Of a DNA stretch of 64,000 nt, positions 42,619-53,093 are shown piece by piece. Below the pieces are notes generated by a model, which was not told where the DNA came from, did not search any database, and saw only the letters and a list, made by a program, of their open reading frames with translations. Numbering within the stretch: the stretch's first letter is position 1; every line of letters starts with the position of its first letter. A program made the translations under genes and the position numbers. The DNA is from Kiritimatiellia bacterium (GTDB lineage: Bacteria > Verrucomicrobiota > Kiritimatiellia > RFP12 > DVOR01): the NCBI GenBank assembly GCA_031553315.1, contig JAVBLT010000017.1, positions 25,696-89,695 on the forward strand. Reading direction: 5' to 3'.

Positions 42619-43443
42619 ATGGGGCTTAAGACATACAAACCCAGAACACCCGGCCTGCGCTTCCGCGTATCGCAAGTGCGCGACGGTCTCTCCAAAGAGA
42701 AACCCGTCCGCAGCCTCACGATCGCCAAAAGCGCCAACGCCGGCCGCAACAATCAGGGGCGCATCACCGTCCGCCATCGCGGCGGCGGAGCCAAGCGCCG
42801 TTACCGCATTGTTGATTTCCGCCGCGACAAAACCGGCATCCCCGCCCGCGTCGCCGCGATCTGCTACGATCCCAACCGCACCGCCAACATCGCCCTCCTG
42901 CATTATGTCGACGGCGAAAAGCGCTACATCCTCGCCCCCGAAGGCCTGGCCGTGGGCGCCACCGTCGTCTCCGGCCCCGATGCGGAGCCCGCGGTCGGCA
43001 ACGCCCTGCCCCTTTCGGCCATCCCGATGGGCATGTTCGTGCACAACATCGAGCTCATCCCCGGCAAAGGCGGCCAGATCGCCCGCTCCGCCGGCAACGG
43101 TTGCCAGCTCATGGCCCGCGACAACGGCTTTGCCACCCTGCGCCTGCCCTCGGGCGAAGTGCGCCTCATCAACGTCAACTGCATGGCCACAATCGGCCAC
43201 GTGGGCAACGGCGACTGGAGCGGCGTGAAATTCGGCAAAGCCGGCCGCAAACGCCACCTGGGCATCCGCCCGACCGTTCGCGGCGTGGCGATGAACCCCG
43301 TCGATCATCCGATGGGCGGCGGCGAAGGCCGCACCTCCGGCGGCAGCCACCCCCGCTCACCCTGGGGCAAGCTGGCCAAAGGCGGCAAGACCCGCAACAA
43401 GCGCAAGAACAGCACCCGGTTTATCGTTAAGCGGAGAAAGTAA
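42619..43443 (+). CDS. rplB: 50S ribosomal protein L2
   Basis: 274 aa. [16 protein letters not shown] and [14 protein letters not shown]. Confidence 0.95.
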   Translation: MGLKTYKPRTPGLRFRVSQVRDGLSKEKPVRSLTIAKSANAGRNNQGRITVRHRGGGAKRRYRIVDFRRDKTGIPARVAAICYDPNRTANIALLHYVDGEKRYILAPEGLAVGATVVSGPDAEPAVGNALPLSAIPMGMFVHNIELIPGKGGQIARSAGNGCQLMARDNGFATLRLPSGEVRLINVNCMATIGHVGNGDWSGVKFGKAGRKRHLGIRPTVRGVAMNPVDHPMGGGEGRTSGGSHPRSPWGKLAKGGKTRNKRKNSTRFIVKRRK

Positions 43444-43446
43444 CGC

Positions 43447-43716
43447 ATGGCACGGTCTATTAAAAAAGGTCCCTACGTTGAGGACTGCCTCCTCCGCAAG
43501 GTGGAGAAGATGAATCTGTCCGGCAGGAAGCAGCCGATCAAAACCTGGTCGCGCCGCTCCATGGTTCTGCCGGAATTCGTCGGGCACACATTCGCCATTC
43601 ACAACGGCAAACAGCACCTTCCGATCTTCATCACGGAGAACATGGTCGGTCACCGCCTTGGCGAATTCGCACCGACCCGCATGTTTAAAGCCCACGGCAA
43701 TTCCGACAAGAAGTAA
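43447..43716 (+). CDS. rpsS: 30S ribosomal protein S19
   Basis: 89 aa. [11 protein letters not shown] and [12 protein letters not shown]. Confidence 0.95.
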   Translation: MARSIKKGPYVEDCLLRKVEKMNLSGRKQPIKTWSRRSMVLPEFVGHTFAIHNGKQHLPIFITENMVGHRLGEFAPTRMFKAHGNSDKK

Positions 43717-43727
43717 GGGAACTAAGC

Positions 43728-44063
43728 ATGGAAGTGACAGCCATCACCCGCAACACGCGCATTTCCGCCCGTAAAGCCCGCCCCCTGGCCCGCCAGGTGC
43801 AGGGCCTCCCCGTGGCCGACGCGCTCAACGTTGTCGATTTCAGTCCTCAAAAGGCAGGCAAGCTGCTGGGGCAGACGCTCCGCTCCGCGATCGCCAATGC
43901 GAGGAACAACGCGAACCTCGATCCCAACACGCTCATCGTGAAGCTGGCCGTGTTCGACGAAGGCGCGCGTCTGCGCCGGTTCTGGCCGCGTGCCCGCGGC
44001 AGCGCCAGCCCCATTCAGAAGAAATTGAGCCATGTTAAAGTCGTCCTGACCGACGGCCAGTAA
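43728..44063 (+). CDS. rplV: 50S ribosomal protein L22
   Basis: 111 aa. [16 protein letters not shown]. Confidence 0.95.
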   Translation: MEVTAITRNTRISARKARPLARQVQGLPVADALNVVDFSPQKAGKLLGQTLRSAIANARNNANLDPNTLIVKLAVFDEGARLRRFWPRARGSASPIQKKLSHVKVVLTDGQ

Positions 44064-44074
44064 GGAGCGAAACC

Positions 44075-44764
44075 TTGGGACAGAAAGTTAATCCGATCGG
44101 TTTCCGCATTGCGCTTGACAAACAATGGCGTTCCCGCTGGTTTGCGAAGAAACAGGATTTCGGCACCCTCCTCGCCGAAGACCAGATGATTCGCGAAACC
44201 GTGAAGAAACGCCTTGAAGCGGCAGCCATCACAAAGGTCATCATCGAGCGCTACGCCAACCGCGTGCGCGTCAACATCCACACCGCCCGCCCCGGCGTCG
44301 TCGTCGGCCGCAAAGGCCAAGACGTCGACAAACTTCGCGCCGAGCTCGCCAAAGCCACCGGCAAGGAAATCTACCTCGAGATCCACGAAGTGCGCGATCC
44401 CGATGCCGACGCCCAGCTCGTGGCCGAAGGCATCGCCCAGCAGATCGTCCGGCGCATCGCCGCCAAGCGCGCCATCAAGCGCGCCGAGAAAGTGGCCATG
44501 GATATGGGCGTCGACGGGATCAAAATCCGTTGCTCCGGCCGCATCAACGGCGCCGAAATTTCCCGCGTGGAGTGGAGCAAACAGGGCAAAGTGCCCCTGC
44601 ACACCCTGCGCGCCAACATCGATTACGGCTTTGCGGAAGCCGACACCACCGCCGGCAAGATCGGCGTGAAGGTCTGGATCTGCAAGCGCGAAGATTTCCA
44701 GGCTGCCCGCCCCTCCGGCCGCGGCGGCGACAGAGGAAGGAGAAACCATGCCTCTCATGCCTAA
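44075..44764 (+). CDS. rpsC: 30S ribosomal protein S3 (TTG start)
   Basis: 229 aa. (M)[11 protein letters not shown].. and a KH domain. The start codon at 44075 is TTG. Confidence 0.95.
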   Translation: MGQKVNPIGFRIALDKQWRSRWFAKKQDFGTLLAEDQMIRETVKKRLEAAAITKVIIERYANRVRVNIHTARPGVVVGRKGQDVDKLRAELAKATGKEIYLEIHEVRDPDADAQLVAEGIAQQIVRRIAAKRAIKRAEKVAMDMGVDGIKIRCSGRINGAEISRVEWSKQGKVPLHTLRANIDYGFAEADTTAGKIGVKVWICKREDFQAARPSGRGGDRGRRNHASHA

Positions 44765-45155
44765 ACGCGTGAAGCACCGCAAAGTGTCGAAAGGGAGCCG
44801 CAAAGGCTTCGCGACCTCGGGTGCGACGCTCGCCTACGGTGAATTCGGCATCAAAGCGCTCGAGCGCGGCTGGATCACCAACACACAGATTGAAGCCTGC
44901 CGTGTGGCCATCAACCGCCACATGAAGCGCAAGGGCAAGCTCTGGGTTCGCATTTTCCCGGATAAGCCCGTCACCAAAAAACCGATCGAAGTGCGCATGG
45001 GCAGCGGCAAAGGCAATCCCGAATTCTGGGTCGCCGTCGTCCTGCCCGGCAAGATGCTCTTTGAGGTCGACGGTATCCCCGAGAGCCTGGCCCGCGAGTG
45101 CCTGCGCCTGGCCGATACCAAGCTCGGCATCCGCACACAGATGGTTGTACGCTGA
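44748..45155 (+). CDS. rplP: 50S ribosomal protein L16
   Basis: 135 aa. [12 protein letters not shown]. Confidence 0.95.
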   Translation: MPLMPKRVKHRKVSKGSRKGFATSGATLAYGEFGIKALERGWITNTQIEACRVAINRHMKRKGKLWVRIFPDKPVTKKPIEVRMGSGKGNPEFWVAVVLPGKMLFEVDGIPESLARECLRLADTKLGIRTQMVVR

Positions 45156-45175
45156 TTGGGAGTGCAAAACAGACC

Positions 45176-45379
45176 ATGAAGATCACAGAAATGAGAGAAC
45201 TCAGCGCCGAAGCGCTTGCTCAGATCATCAGCGAAAAGCAGAATGAGCTGAAAAACCTTCGCCTGAAGCACAAGTCGACCGACGGCGGCATCGAATCGCC
45301 CGGCCGCCTGGCCGCGATGCGCCGCGATATCGCGCGGATGCTGACCGTTCAGAACGAAAAGAAAGCGGTGAAGCAATGA
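45176..45379 (+). CDS. rpmC: 50S ribosomal protein L29
   Basis: Track ORF 45098.. trimmed to MKITEMRELSAEAL (67 aa). Confidence 0.9.
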   Translation: MKITEMRELSAEALAQIISEKQNELKNLRLKHKSTDGGIESPGRLAAMRRDIARMLTVQNEKKAVKQ

Positions 45380-45648
45380 GCACGAATGCCGCAGAGCGCG
45401 GTTCGCGCAAAGTCAGAAAAGGCATTGTGGTCAGCAAGAGCGGCGATAAGTCAATCATCGTCCGCGCCGAGCGCCGCATGCTTCATCCCATCTACGGGAA
45501 AGTGGTCAAGACCTTCAAGAAGTACCACACGCACGACGAGGACAACAAGGCCAAAATCGGCGACGCCGTCACCATCATGGAGACCCGCCCGCTGAGCCGC
45601 ACCAAGTGCTGGCGCCTCGTTTCCATCCAGGGACAAGAGGAGAAGTAA
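45376..45648 (+). CDS. rpsQ: 30S ribosomal protein S17
   Basis: 90 aa. KGIVVSKSGDKSIIV and ETRPLSRTKCWRLV. Confidence 0.95.
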   Translation: MSTNAAERGSRKVRKGIVVSKSGDKSIIVRAERRMLHPIYGKVVKTFKKYHTHDEDNKAKIGDAVTIMETRPLSRTKCWRLVSIQGQEEK

Positions 45649-45651
45649 GCC

Positions 45652-46017
45652 ATGATCATTGAAGAGAGCAGGCTCGTCGTGGCCGACAACACCGGCGCGA
45701 AAATCGCCAAGTGTTTCCGCATCCTCGGGCAGCGCAAACAGACCGCCGGCCTCGGCGACATCATCCGCGTGTCCATCCAGGAAGCCGCCCCCACCGGCGC
45801 CGTGAAAAAGGGTCAGGTTTGCCTTGCGCTGATCGTGCGCACAGCCCACCCCATTCACCGGGCCGACGGTTCAATCGTCCGCTTCGACCAGAATGCTTGC
45901 GTCATCGTCGACAACAAGCATAATCCGCTCGGATCGCGCGTGTTCGGACCGGTTGCGCGCGAACTGCGCGACAAGAACTACATGAAGGTTGTTTCGCTCG
46001 CGCCCGAAGTGGTGTGA
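45652..46017 (+). CDS. rplN: 50S ribosomal protein L14
   Basis: 121 aa. MIIEESRLVVADNTGAK. Confidence 0.95.
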   Translation: MIIEESRLVVADNTGAKIAKCFRILGQRKQTAGLGDIIRVSIQEAAPTGAVKKGQVCLALIVRTAHPIHRADGSIVRFDQNACVIVDNKHNPLGSRVFGPVARELRDKNYMKVVSLAPEVV

Positions 46018-46128
46018 GTTCAAACGCCGCTGCGTAACCGTGCGCGATACGTAAGCGTGAGCCGTAGAAATATGGAAAACATCGTTTGCGAACTGCGTCG
46101 TTGCGGGTAGCGAGTTACGGAAGAAAAC

Positions 46129-46446
46129 ATGAGTATTGCACGAATCAAGAAGGACGACATTGTCTGCGTCATTGCCGGGAAAGACCTCGGCAAGACCGGC
46201 AAAGTCCTCCGCATGATGCCGTCGAAAGGCAAAGCCATCGTCGAAGGCGTCAACATCATCAAGAAGACCGTCCGCCGTTCCCAAACGGTGCCCCAGGGCG
46301 GTATCATCGAGCGCGAAGCGCCGATCGATCTGTCGAACCTGATGCCTTACGACGCCGACGCGAAAAAAGGCGCCCGCATCAGCCGCGTGAAAAACGGCGA
46401 AACCACCGCCCGCCGTTTGAAGACCTCGGGTAAAATCCTCGGCTAA
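46129..46446 (+). CDS. rplX: 50S ribosomal protein L24
   Basis: 105 aa. KKDDIVCVIAGKDLGKTGKVL (KOW motif). Confidence 0.95.
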   Translation: MSIARIKKDDIVCVIAGKDLGKTGKVLRMMPSKGKAIVEGVNIIKKTVRRSQTVPQGGIIEREAPIDLSNLMPYDADAKKGARISRVKNGETTARRLKTSGKILG

Positions 46447-46457
46447 GGGAGTGAACC

Positions 46458-46988
46458 ATGTCTGCTTTGAAAGAAAAGTACAAGAATGAAATCGCTCCCG
46501 CCCTTCGCGAGAAGCTGAAGTGCGCGAATCCGATGATGGTGCCCCGCCTCGCCAAAATCGTCGTCAACATGGGGTTCGGCATCCTTGAAAAGGATCAGCA
46601 GAAGACCGTGGTGCGCGACCTTGAGGCGATCACCGGCCAGAAAGCCCTCCTCTGCAAAGCCCGCAAGAGCATTTCAAACTTCAAGCTGCGCGAAGGCATG
46701 GTCATTGGAGCCAAAGTGACCCTTCGCGGCGAGCGGATGTACGAATTCGCCGAGCGCTTCTTCAACGTGACCCTGCCTCGCATCCGCGACTTCCGCGGCG
46801 TCCCCGTCCGCGGGTTCGACAAAGACGGCAACTACACGATGGGCCTCAGAGAGTACGTCACCTTCCCGGAAATCAACGCCGTCTCGACGGATTCCGGGCT
46901 CGACATCACGTTTGTAACCACGGCCACCGACAAAGACAGCTCCCGCGCCCTTCTCGAAGCGCTGGGCATGCCCTTCGCCGGCAAGTAA
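46458..46988 (+). CDS. rplE: 50S ribosomal protein L5
   Basis: 176 aa. Position and the L5 pattern (VVNMGFG, ITFVTTA). Confidence 0.95.
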   Translation: MSALKEKYKNEIAPALREKLKCANPMMVPRLAKIVVNMGFGILEKDQQKTVVRDLEAITGQKALLCKARKSISNFKLREGMVIGAKVTLRGERMYEFAERFFNVTLPRIRDFRGVPVRGFDKDGNYTMGLREYVTFPEINAVSTDSGLDITFVTTATDKDSSRALLEALGMPFAGK

Positions 46989-47000
46989 GGAATCCCTGCA

Positions 47001-47186
47001 ATGGCTAAGACCGCTTTGATTGAAAAAGCCAAGCGCGCGCCGAAATTCTCCGTGCGCAAATACACGCGTTGCAGCCGCTGCGGCCGCCCGCGCGCCTTCA
47101 TTCGCAAGTTTCAGTTGTGCCGCCTGTGCTTCCGCGAAATGGCCTTGAACGGCGAAATCCCCGGCGTCACCAAGGCAAGCTGGTAA
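47001..47186 (+). CDS. rpsN: 30S ribosomal protein S14, zinc-binding type Z
   Basis: 61 aa. CSRCGRP..CRLC Cys4 motif. Confidence 0.95.
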   Translation: MAKTALIEKAKRAPKFSVRKYTRCSRCGRPRAFIRKFQLCRLCFREMALNGEIPGVTKASW

Positions 47187-47203
47187 GGAAAGGGCTTCAA
47201 ACA

Positions 47204-47596
47204 ATGATGACAGATCCGATTTCGGATATGCTGGTCCGTATCCGCAATGCGCAGAATGCGAGCCACGCCGTGGTTGAGATGCCCGGTTCCCGCATCAAAA
47301 GCGAAATTGCACGCGTCTTGAAAGACGAAGGCTACATCACCGATTACGCGCTCTCCGGCGGCACCATCCGCACGCTGCGCATCGAGCTGAAGTACAACGA
47401 TAAAGCCGAACCCGCCATCCGCGGCGTCCGCCGCGAATCCAAACCCGGCCTGCGCAAATTCTGCGGCTATGCCGACGTGCCCAAGGTCCTCGGCGGCCTG
47501 GGTACCGCCGTGCTCAGCACCTCGGGTGGAGTCATGAGCGGCAAAACGGCCCGCGAGCGCAAGCTCGGCGGCGAACTGCTTTGCACCATTTGGTAA
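47204..47596 (+). CDS. rpsH: 30S ribosomal protein S8
   Basis: Track ORF 47069.. trimmed to MMTDPISDMLVRIRNA (130 aa). Confidence 0.95.
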   Translation: MMTDPISDMLVRIRNAQNASHAVVEMPGSRIKSEIARVLKDEGYITDYALSGGTIRTLRIELKYNDKAEPAIRGVRRESKPGLRKFCGYADVPKVLGGLGTAVLSTSGGVMSGKTARERKLGGELLCTIW

Positions 47597-47607
47597 GGGA
47601 GCGAACG

Positions 47608-48147
47608 ATGTCAAGAATCGGTAAACAACCGCTGAACGTGCCCGCAGGCGTGACCGTGACCATCGCCAACGAGCGCGACGTCACCGTCAAAGGCCCCAAG
47701 GGCGAACTCACCCGCTCCTTCCAGAAAGGCATGACTGTTGAACTCGCCGGCGCCACCCTCACCGTGGCCCGCGCCGACGACAGCCGCGCCCAGAAGAGCT
47801 TCCACGGCCTCACCCGCACCCTCCTTCGCAACATGATCGAAGGCGTAACCCAAGGTTACACCCGCGACCTCGTCATCGAAGGCACCGGCTTCAAAGCCGC
47901 CGTGCAGGGCAACAAAGCCATCCTGACCCTCGGCTTCGCCTCCCCCAAGGAATACACCCTGCCCGACGGCGTGAAACTCACCGTCGTGGCCGACGTGAAC
48001 CTCCACGTGGAAGGCATCAGCAAGGAACTCGTCGGCCAAGCCGCCGCGCGTATCCGTTCCTACTACCCGGCCGAACCCTACAAGGGCAAAGGTATCCGCT
48101 ACAAAGACGAGAAGATCCGCCGCAAGGAAGGCAAGACCGTCGCCTAA
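47608..48147 (+). CDS. rplF: 50S ribosomal protein L6
   Basis: Trimmed to MSRIGKQPLNVPAGV (179 aa). Confidence 0.95.
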   Translation: MSRIGKQPLNVPAGVTVTIANERDVTVKGPKGELTRSFQKGMTVELAGATLTVARADDSRAQKSFHGLTRTLLRNMIEGVTQGYTRDLVIEGTGFKAAVQGNKAILTLGFASPKEYTLPDGVKLTVVADVNLHVEGISKELVGQAAARIRSYYPAEPYKGKGIRYKDEKIRRKEGKTVA

Positions 48148-48165
48148 CGGTACCTGGAGATTAAC

Positions 48166-48552
48166 ATGAGTGTCAAGAACCGCAAAGAACAGCGCACCCT
48201 CCGCCACTACCGCATCCGCCGCCGCCTCAGCCGCGGCACCGCGGAGCGCCCGCGCATGGCGATCTTCGTCTCGAACAAGCACATGTACGTGCAGTTCATC
48301 GACGACATCTCCATGACCACCCAGGCGGCCGTGTCCACGCTGAAAGAAAAAGTGGGCTGCAACGTCGCCGGAGCCAAAGTGCTCGGCGAAGCCGCCGCGC
48401 GCGCCGCAATTGAAAAAGGCATCACACAGGTCGTCGTCGACCGTGCCGGTTTCAAATTCCACGGCCGCGTCAAGACCATAGTCGAATCGGCCGTCGCAGC
48501 CGGGCTGCGCATCACCAACGAGAACGCCGCCCAGCCGGAGGAAACGAAGTGA
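48166..48552 (+). CDS. rplR: 50S ribosomal protein L18
   Basis: 128 aa. [20 protein letters not shown]. Confidence 0.95.
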   Translation: MSVKNRKEQRTLRHYRIRRRLSRGTAERPRMAIFVSNKHMYVQFIDDISMTTQAAVSTLKEKVGCNVAGAKVLGEAAARAAIEKGITQVVVDRAGFKFHGRVKTIVESAVAAGLRITNENAAQPEETK

Positions 48553-49034
48553 GCCAGGATAAATTCAACCGCGAAGGTCAGAGTGACATGGACGAACACG
48601 TCGTGTTCGTCAACCGCTGCGCCAAAGTCGTCAAAGGCGGCCGCCGCTTCAGCTTCAGCGCCGTCGTCGTCGTCGGCGACAAAGACGGCAAAGTCGGCTT
48701 CGGCTTCGGCAAAGCCAACGAAGTGGCCGACGCCATCCGCAAAGGCGGCGAAGCCGCCCGCAAGGCCATGCGGCGCGTGCGCATGACCGGCAAGACCATC
48801 CCGCATGAAGTGATTGGCCTGTGCGACGGCGGCCGCGTGCTCCTCAAGCCCGCCCCCGACGGCACCGGCATCATCTGCGGCGGCGGCATGCGCCCCGTGC
48901 TCGAAGCCGCCGGCATCCGCGACGTGGTCGGCAAATCCCTCGGCAGCAAGAACCGCCTCAACGTGGTCAAAGCCACGATCGACGCCCTCCAGCAGCTCCG
49001 CTCCGCCGAAGAAATCGCCGCCCTGCGCGCCTAA
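48549..49034 (+). CDS. rpsE: 30S ribosomal protein S5
   Basis: 161 aa from GTG 48549 (alternative ATG at 48588). [16 protein letters not shown]. Confidence 0.9.
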   Translation: MSQDKFNREGQSDMDEHVVFVNRCAKVVKGGRRFSFSAVVVVGDKDGKVGFGFGKANEVADAIRKGGEAARKAMRRVRMTGKTIPHEVIGLCDGGRVLLKPAPDGTGIICGGGMRPVLEAAGIRDVVGKSLGSKNRLNVVKATIDALQQLRSAEEIAALRA

Positions 49035-49098
49035 CGATCACCTGCCCGCGCCGGATCCCCCGCGCGCGGGCAGCGTTTTACACAAAGGATTGAACACA

Positions 49099-49548
49099 AT
49101 GGATTTGTCATCCCTTACAAATACGCCCGGCGCCCGCAAAGCCTCCAAGCGCGTCGGCCGCGGCCGCGCCTCCGGTCACGGCAAGACCTCCACGCGCGGC
49201 GTCAAGGGCCAAGGCTCCCGCAAAGGCCACAAGCAAAAGCTCGGCTTTGAAGGCGGCCAGATGCCCCTCATGCGCCGCATGCCCAAGCGCGGCTTCAAAA
49301 ACCCCAACCGCATGCCCTTCTACCCCGTCAACCTCTCCCTGCTCGACGAATACTTCGCCGACGGCGCCGTGGTTGATACCGATGTGATGGTCGCCGCCGG
49401 TATCGGTTTTTCAGCCAAAAACTTCGCCGGCGTGAAGATCCTCGCCCGCGGCGAAATCACCAAAAAGCTCACCGTGAAAGCCGCCGCCTTCAGCGACGCC
49501 GCCAAGGCCAAAATCGAAGCCGCCGGCGGAACCTGCGAAACGGTCTGA
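49099..49548 (+). CDS. rplO: 50S ribosomal protein L15
   Basis: Track ORF 48814.. trimmed to MDLSSLTNTPGARKASKRVGRGRASGHGKTS (149 aa). Confidence 0.95.
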   Translation: MDLSSLTNTPGARKASKRVGRGRASGHGKTSTRGVKGQGSRKGHKQKLGFEGGQMPLMRRMPKRGFKNPNRMPFYPVNLSLLDEYFADGAVVDTDVMVAAGIGFSAKNFAGVKILARGEITKKLTVKAAAFSDAAKAKIEAAGGTCETV

Positions 49549-49563
49549 CCGCGACACAACCCC

Positions 49564-49603
49564 GCCGTTCCCCCCGGAAAACCGGGCGGGGGCGGCCGTT
49601 TTT
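49564..49603 (+). terminator. Terminator-like GC hairpin plus T-run between rplO and secY (possible attenuator)
   Basis: GCCGTTCCCCCCGG-AAAA-CCGGGCGGGGGCGGC (about 14 bp with one bulge) followed by CGTTTTT. Confidence 0.45.
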
Positions 49604-49620
49604 CCCCATGAGGTTTGCCC

Positions 49621-51009
49621 ATGCTCTCAACCTTTGCCAACACACTGAAGATCCCCGAGCTGCGCTCGCGCATCCTCTTCACGATCGGCCTGATCGCCAT
49701 CAGCCGCCTGCTCGCCCTCATCGTCACACCCGGCGTAGACCCCACCGTGTTGCGCGGCATGATACAACCCATCGACGGCGCCGGCGGCGGCCTCCTCGCC
49801 TGGATGGATATGTTCAGCGGCGGCGCCCTCTCCCGTTTTTCCATCGGCACATTCAGCATCTGGCCCTACATCAGCGCCTCCATCATCATACAGCTGATGA
49901 CCGCCATCGTGCCCCAGCTTGAGCGCCTTGCCCGCGAGGGCGACACCGGCCGCAAGCAGATCACCCAATACACCCGCTGGCTCACCATCGCCATCTGCCT
50001 CGTGCAATCCACCGCCTTCGCCTGGACTATCCTCCACACCCCCGAGAGCCTGCTCGGCGCCAAGCCCGGCCAAAACCTCGTGACCCTTTCCCCCTTCATT
50101 TTCCTCATCCTGACCCCGATCTGCATGACCGGCGCCTCCATGCTCGTGATGTGGCTCGGCGATCAGATCACCTCCCGCGGCATCGGCAACGGCGTCTCCC
50201 TGATCATCATGATCAACATCTGCTCCCGCCTTCCCGCCGCCATCGCCGCCGCCTGGCGCCGCTACTTCGGCACCGGCGCGGGCGACGTCACCGCCAAGCC
50301 CGCCGAGCTCATCGTGCTGCTGCTCATCGGCTTCATCGTGCTCATGGCCACCGTGGCCCTCACCCAGGGCATGCGCAAAGTGCCCCTGCACTCCACCCGC
50401 CGCATGGCGGCCGGCGGCGGCAGCTCCTACGGCTCCAACAACACCTACCTGCCCCTGCGCGTCAACTTCAGCGGCGTGATGCCCATCATCTTCGCCGGCC
50501 CCATCATCTCCATTCCCGCCGCCCTCCTTCAGCGCCTGCCCTCCACCGGTGCCCTCGGCTGGCTCAACCGGCTCGGCCACGCCCTCAGCCCCATCGGCGG
50601 CGGCAACTCCAGCCTCCACATCATCATCTACTCCGCCCTCATCCTCTTCTTCGCCTTCTTCTGGGTCGCCACCCAGTTCAACGCCATGAACATCTCCGAC
50701 AACCTCAAACGCGAAGGCTCCTACGTGCCCGGCGTGCGCCCCGGCCTCGACACCGCGGAATACCTCGACGGCGTCATGACCCGCGTCACCCTCATCGGCG
50801 CCCTCGGCCTCGTGCTCATCGCCGTGTTCCCCGAGCTGCTCACCACCGCGATGGGCATCCCCCAAGTCATCACCGGCTTCTTCGGCGGCACCAGCCTGCT
50901 CATCATCGTGGGCGTGGCGCTCGACACCCTCCGCCAGATGGAATCGCACCTGCTCATGCGCAATTACGACGGTTTCCTCAAGCACGGCCGCATTCAGGGG
51001 CGGCGCTAA
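49621..51009 (+). CDS. secY: Preprotein translocase subunit SecY
   Basis: Track ORF starts at TTG 49615; ATG 49621 gives MLSTFANTLKIPELRSRILFT. Multi-pass membrane protein in the canonical position. Confidence 0.95.
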   Translation: MLSTFANTLKIPELRSRILFTIGLIAISRLLALIVTPGVDPTVLRGMIQPIDGAGGGLLAWMDMFSGGALSRFSIGTFSIWPYISASIIIQLMTAIVPQLERLAREGDTGRKQITQYTRWLTIAICLVQSTAFAWTILHTPESLLGAKPGQNLVTLSPFIFLILTPICMTGASMLVMWLGDQITSRGIGNGVSLIIMINICSRLPAAIAAAWRRYFGTGAGDVTAKPAELIVLLLIGFIVLMATVALTQGMRKVPLHSTRRMAAGGGSSYGSNNTYLPLRVNFSGVMPIIFAGPIISIPAALLQRLPSTGALGWLNRLGHALSPIGGGNSSLHIIIYSALILFFAFFWVATQFNAMNISDNLKREGSYVPGVRPGLDTAEYLDGVMTRVTLIGALGLVLIAVFPELLTTAMGIPQVITGFFGGTSLLIIVGVALDTLRQMESHLLMRNYDGFLKHGRIQGRR

Positions 51010-51033
51010 CCCGCCCCCGCCAAGGATTCCCCC

Positions 51034-51675
51034 ATGGACGTTGTCATCCTACTAGGAGCACCCGGATCCGGCAAAGGCACAGTCGCCTCCCGCCTTGCCG
51101 GAAACGGCGTTGAGCACATCTCCAGCGGCGACCTCCTGCGCGGCGCCATCGCCGCCGGGAGCCCCGTCGGCATCGAAGCCCAAACCTTCATGGATCACGG
51201 GCAGCTCGTGCCCGATACCCTCATCGCCCGCATGATCGACGATTACATCGCCGCCAACCCCCCCCTCAAAACCATCCTGCTCGACGGTTTCCCCCGCACC
51301 CTTCCCCAGGCCGACATGCTCGACCGCACCCTTGCCGCCCGCGGCGCCACCCTCAAAGCCGCCCTCCTGCTCGACGTGCCCGAAGCCCTCGTCCTCCAGC
51401 GCCTCGGCGGCCGGCGCCTCTGCCCCGCCTGCGGCCAAGGCTACCACATTGAAAGCCTCCCCCCCAAACAGGAAGGCCTCTGCGACACATGCGGCGGCAC
51501 CCTCGTCACCCGCGCCGACGACGCCCCCGAAACCATCCGCAACCGCCTCGCCGTCTACGCCCGCCAGACCAAGCCCCTCATCGCCCGCTACGGCGAACAA
51601 GGCCTCCTGCGCACCGTCGACGGCTCCGGCGACATCTCCGGCATCGTCATCGCCGCCGCGAAAGCCCTCGCATGA
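51034..51675 (+). CDS. adk: Adenylate kinase (zinc-lid type)
   Basis: 213 aa. LLGAPGSGKGT P-loop and CPACGQGYH..CDTCGG lid. Confidence 0.95.
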   Translation: MDVVILLGAPGSGKGTVASRLAGNGVEHISSGDLLRGAIAAGSPVGIEAQTFMDHGQLVPDTLIARMIDDYIAANPPLKTILLDGFPRTLPQADMLDRTLAARGATLKAALLLDVPEALVLQRLGGRRLCPACGQGYHIESLPPKQEGLCDTCGGTLVTRADDAPETIRNRLAVYARQTKPLIARYGEQGLLRTVDGSGDISGIVIAAAKALA

Positions 51676-52490
51676 TCATCTTGAAAAACAAAGCAGAACT
51701 CGAGCTGATGCGCGCCGCGGGGAAACACTCCGCCCGCCTCCTCAACGCTTTGTGTGAACACGCTCAGCCCGGCATGACCACCGGCGAGCTCGACACCTTC
51801 GCCCGCGCGTTCATCGCAAACATCGGCGAAGGGGCGGAATCCGCCTTCCTGGGTTACGGAGGTTTCCCCGGAGCGGTCTGCATCTCCGTCAACGACGAAC
51901 TGATCCACGGCATCCCCGGCAAGCGCATCCTCAACCGCGGAGACCTCGTCAGCTTCGACGTCGGCGTGAAATACAAAGGATTTATCGGCGACAACGCCCG
52001 CACCATCGCGGTGGGCGGCGAAAGCGCCGTTGATGCGGATACCCTCCGCCTGCTCCGGGTGACCCGGCGCGCATTGGAGAAAGCCGCAGCGGCTGTGCGG
52101 CCCGGTGCGCGGTTATCGGATCTTTCACACCTTGTGGAAAAAACGATCACAGGCGGCGGGTGTTCGGTCGTCAGGGAATACGTCGGTCACGGCGTGGGGC
52201 GTCACCTCCACGAAGATCCGCCGGTGCCAAACTACGGGGCGCCCGGGCGGGGACCCGTTTTAAAAGCCGGAATGACCATTTGCATTGAACCCATGGTCAA
52301 CCTCGGCAAACGGGACGTGCGCGTATTGGATGACGGTTGGACAGTAGTGGCGCGAGACGGGAAACCCACCGCGCATTTCGAGTATACCGTGGCAGTACTC
52401 GACGACGGAGCGGAGATTTTAACCCCCTGGATGGAAGCCGACCCCTGGCAGGACGATGCGCCCGGCGGCCCCCTTCCCGAGGAAAATTAA
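51672..52490 (+). CDS. map: Methionine aminopeptidase type I
   Basis: Track ORF 51489.. trimmed to [14 protein letters not shown] (ATGA overlap with adk). Metal-ligand pattern FDVG..GDNART..HGVG. Confidence 0.9.
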   Translation: MIILKNKAELELMRAAGKHSARLLNALCEHAQPGMTTGELDTFARAFIANIGEGAESAFLGYGGFPGAVCISVNDELIHGIPGKRILNRGDLVSFDVGVKYKGFIGDNARTIAVGGESAVDADTLRLLRVTRRALEKAAAAVRPGARLSDLSHLVEKTITGGGCSVVREYVGHGVGRHLHEDPPVPNYGAPGRGPVLKAGMTICIEPMVNLGKRDVRVLDDGWTVVARDGKPTAHFEYTVAVLDDGAEILTPWMEADPWQDDAPGGPLPEEN

Positions 52491-52508
52491 AATTATCCGT
52501 TTTTTTGG

Positions 52509-52537
52509 TAGACAGTTTGGCCGAAATACGCTATTCT
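52509..52537 (+). promoter_or_regulatory. Possible internal promoter for rpmJ-rpsM-rpsK-rpsD-rpoA-rplQ
   Basis: TAGACA (52509-52514), 17-nt spacer, TATTCT (52532-52537). Confidence 0.3.
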
Positions 52538-52567
52538 GTCAGCCTTTTTGAATACAAGGAAAAGGCC

Positions 52568-52681
52568 ATGAAAGTTCGCAGTTCAGTAAAACGTATTTGT
52601 GAGCAGTGCCGGATCATCCGGCGCAAGGGAACCGTGCGGGTGATCTGCACCAATCCGCGCCACAAACAACGCCAGGGCTAA
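52568..52681 (+). CDS. rpmJ: 50S ribosomal protein L36
   Basis: 37 aa. [37 protein letters not shown]. Confidence 0.95.
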   Translation: MKVRSSVKRICEQCRIIRRKGTVRVICTNPRHKQRQG

Positions 52682-52696
52682 GTTGGAGAAGCAAAC

Positions 52697-53083
52697 ATGC
52701 CAAGATTGATGGGTGTTGACGTGCCGGGTCGCAAGCGCATCGAGTATGCGCTCCGGTATATCCACGGAATCGGACCCGCGCGGTCCACAGTGATTCTGGA
52801 AGCATGCAAGATCGATCCCGCCAAGAAGGCCGACGATCTCTCGCCTGAAGAAATCCGCCAGATAATGGCCTACATTCAGGAACATTTCCGCGTTGAGGGC
52901 GACCTCCGCCGCGAAGTGTCGGGTAATATCCGCCGTTTGATGAGTGTGGGGTCTTACCGCGGTCTGCGCCACAAGCGCGGCCTGCCCGTGCGCGGTCAGC
53001 GCACCAAGACCAACGCCCGCACCCGCAAGGGCTCGAAGAAGACCGTCGGAGCGGTTCGCGACAAAGCGGCCCGCAAAAAGTAA
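52697..53083 (+). CDS. rpsM: 30S ribosomal protein S13
   Basis: 128 aa. [26 protein letters not shown]. Confidence 0.95.
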   Translation: MPRLMGVDVPGRKRIEYALRYIHGIGPARSTVILEACKIDPAKKADDLSPEEIRQIMAYIQEHFRVEGDLRREVSGNIRRLMSVGSYRGLRHKRGLPVRGQRTKTNARTRKGSKKTVGAVRDKAARKK

Positions 53084-53093
53084 GGATTGAAGC

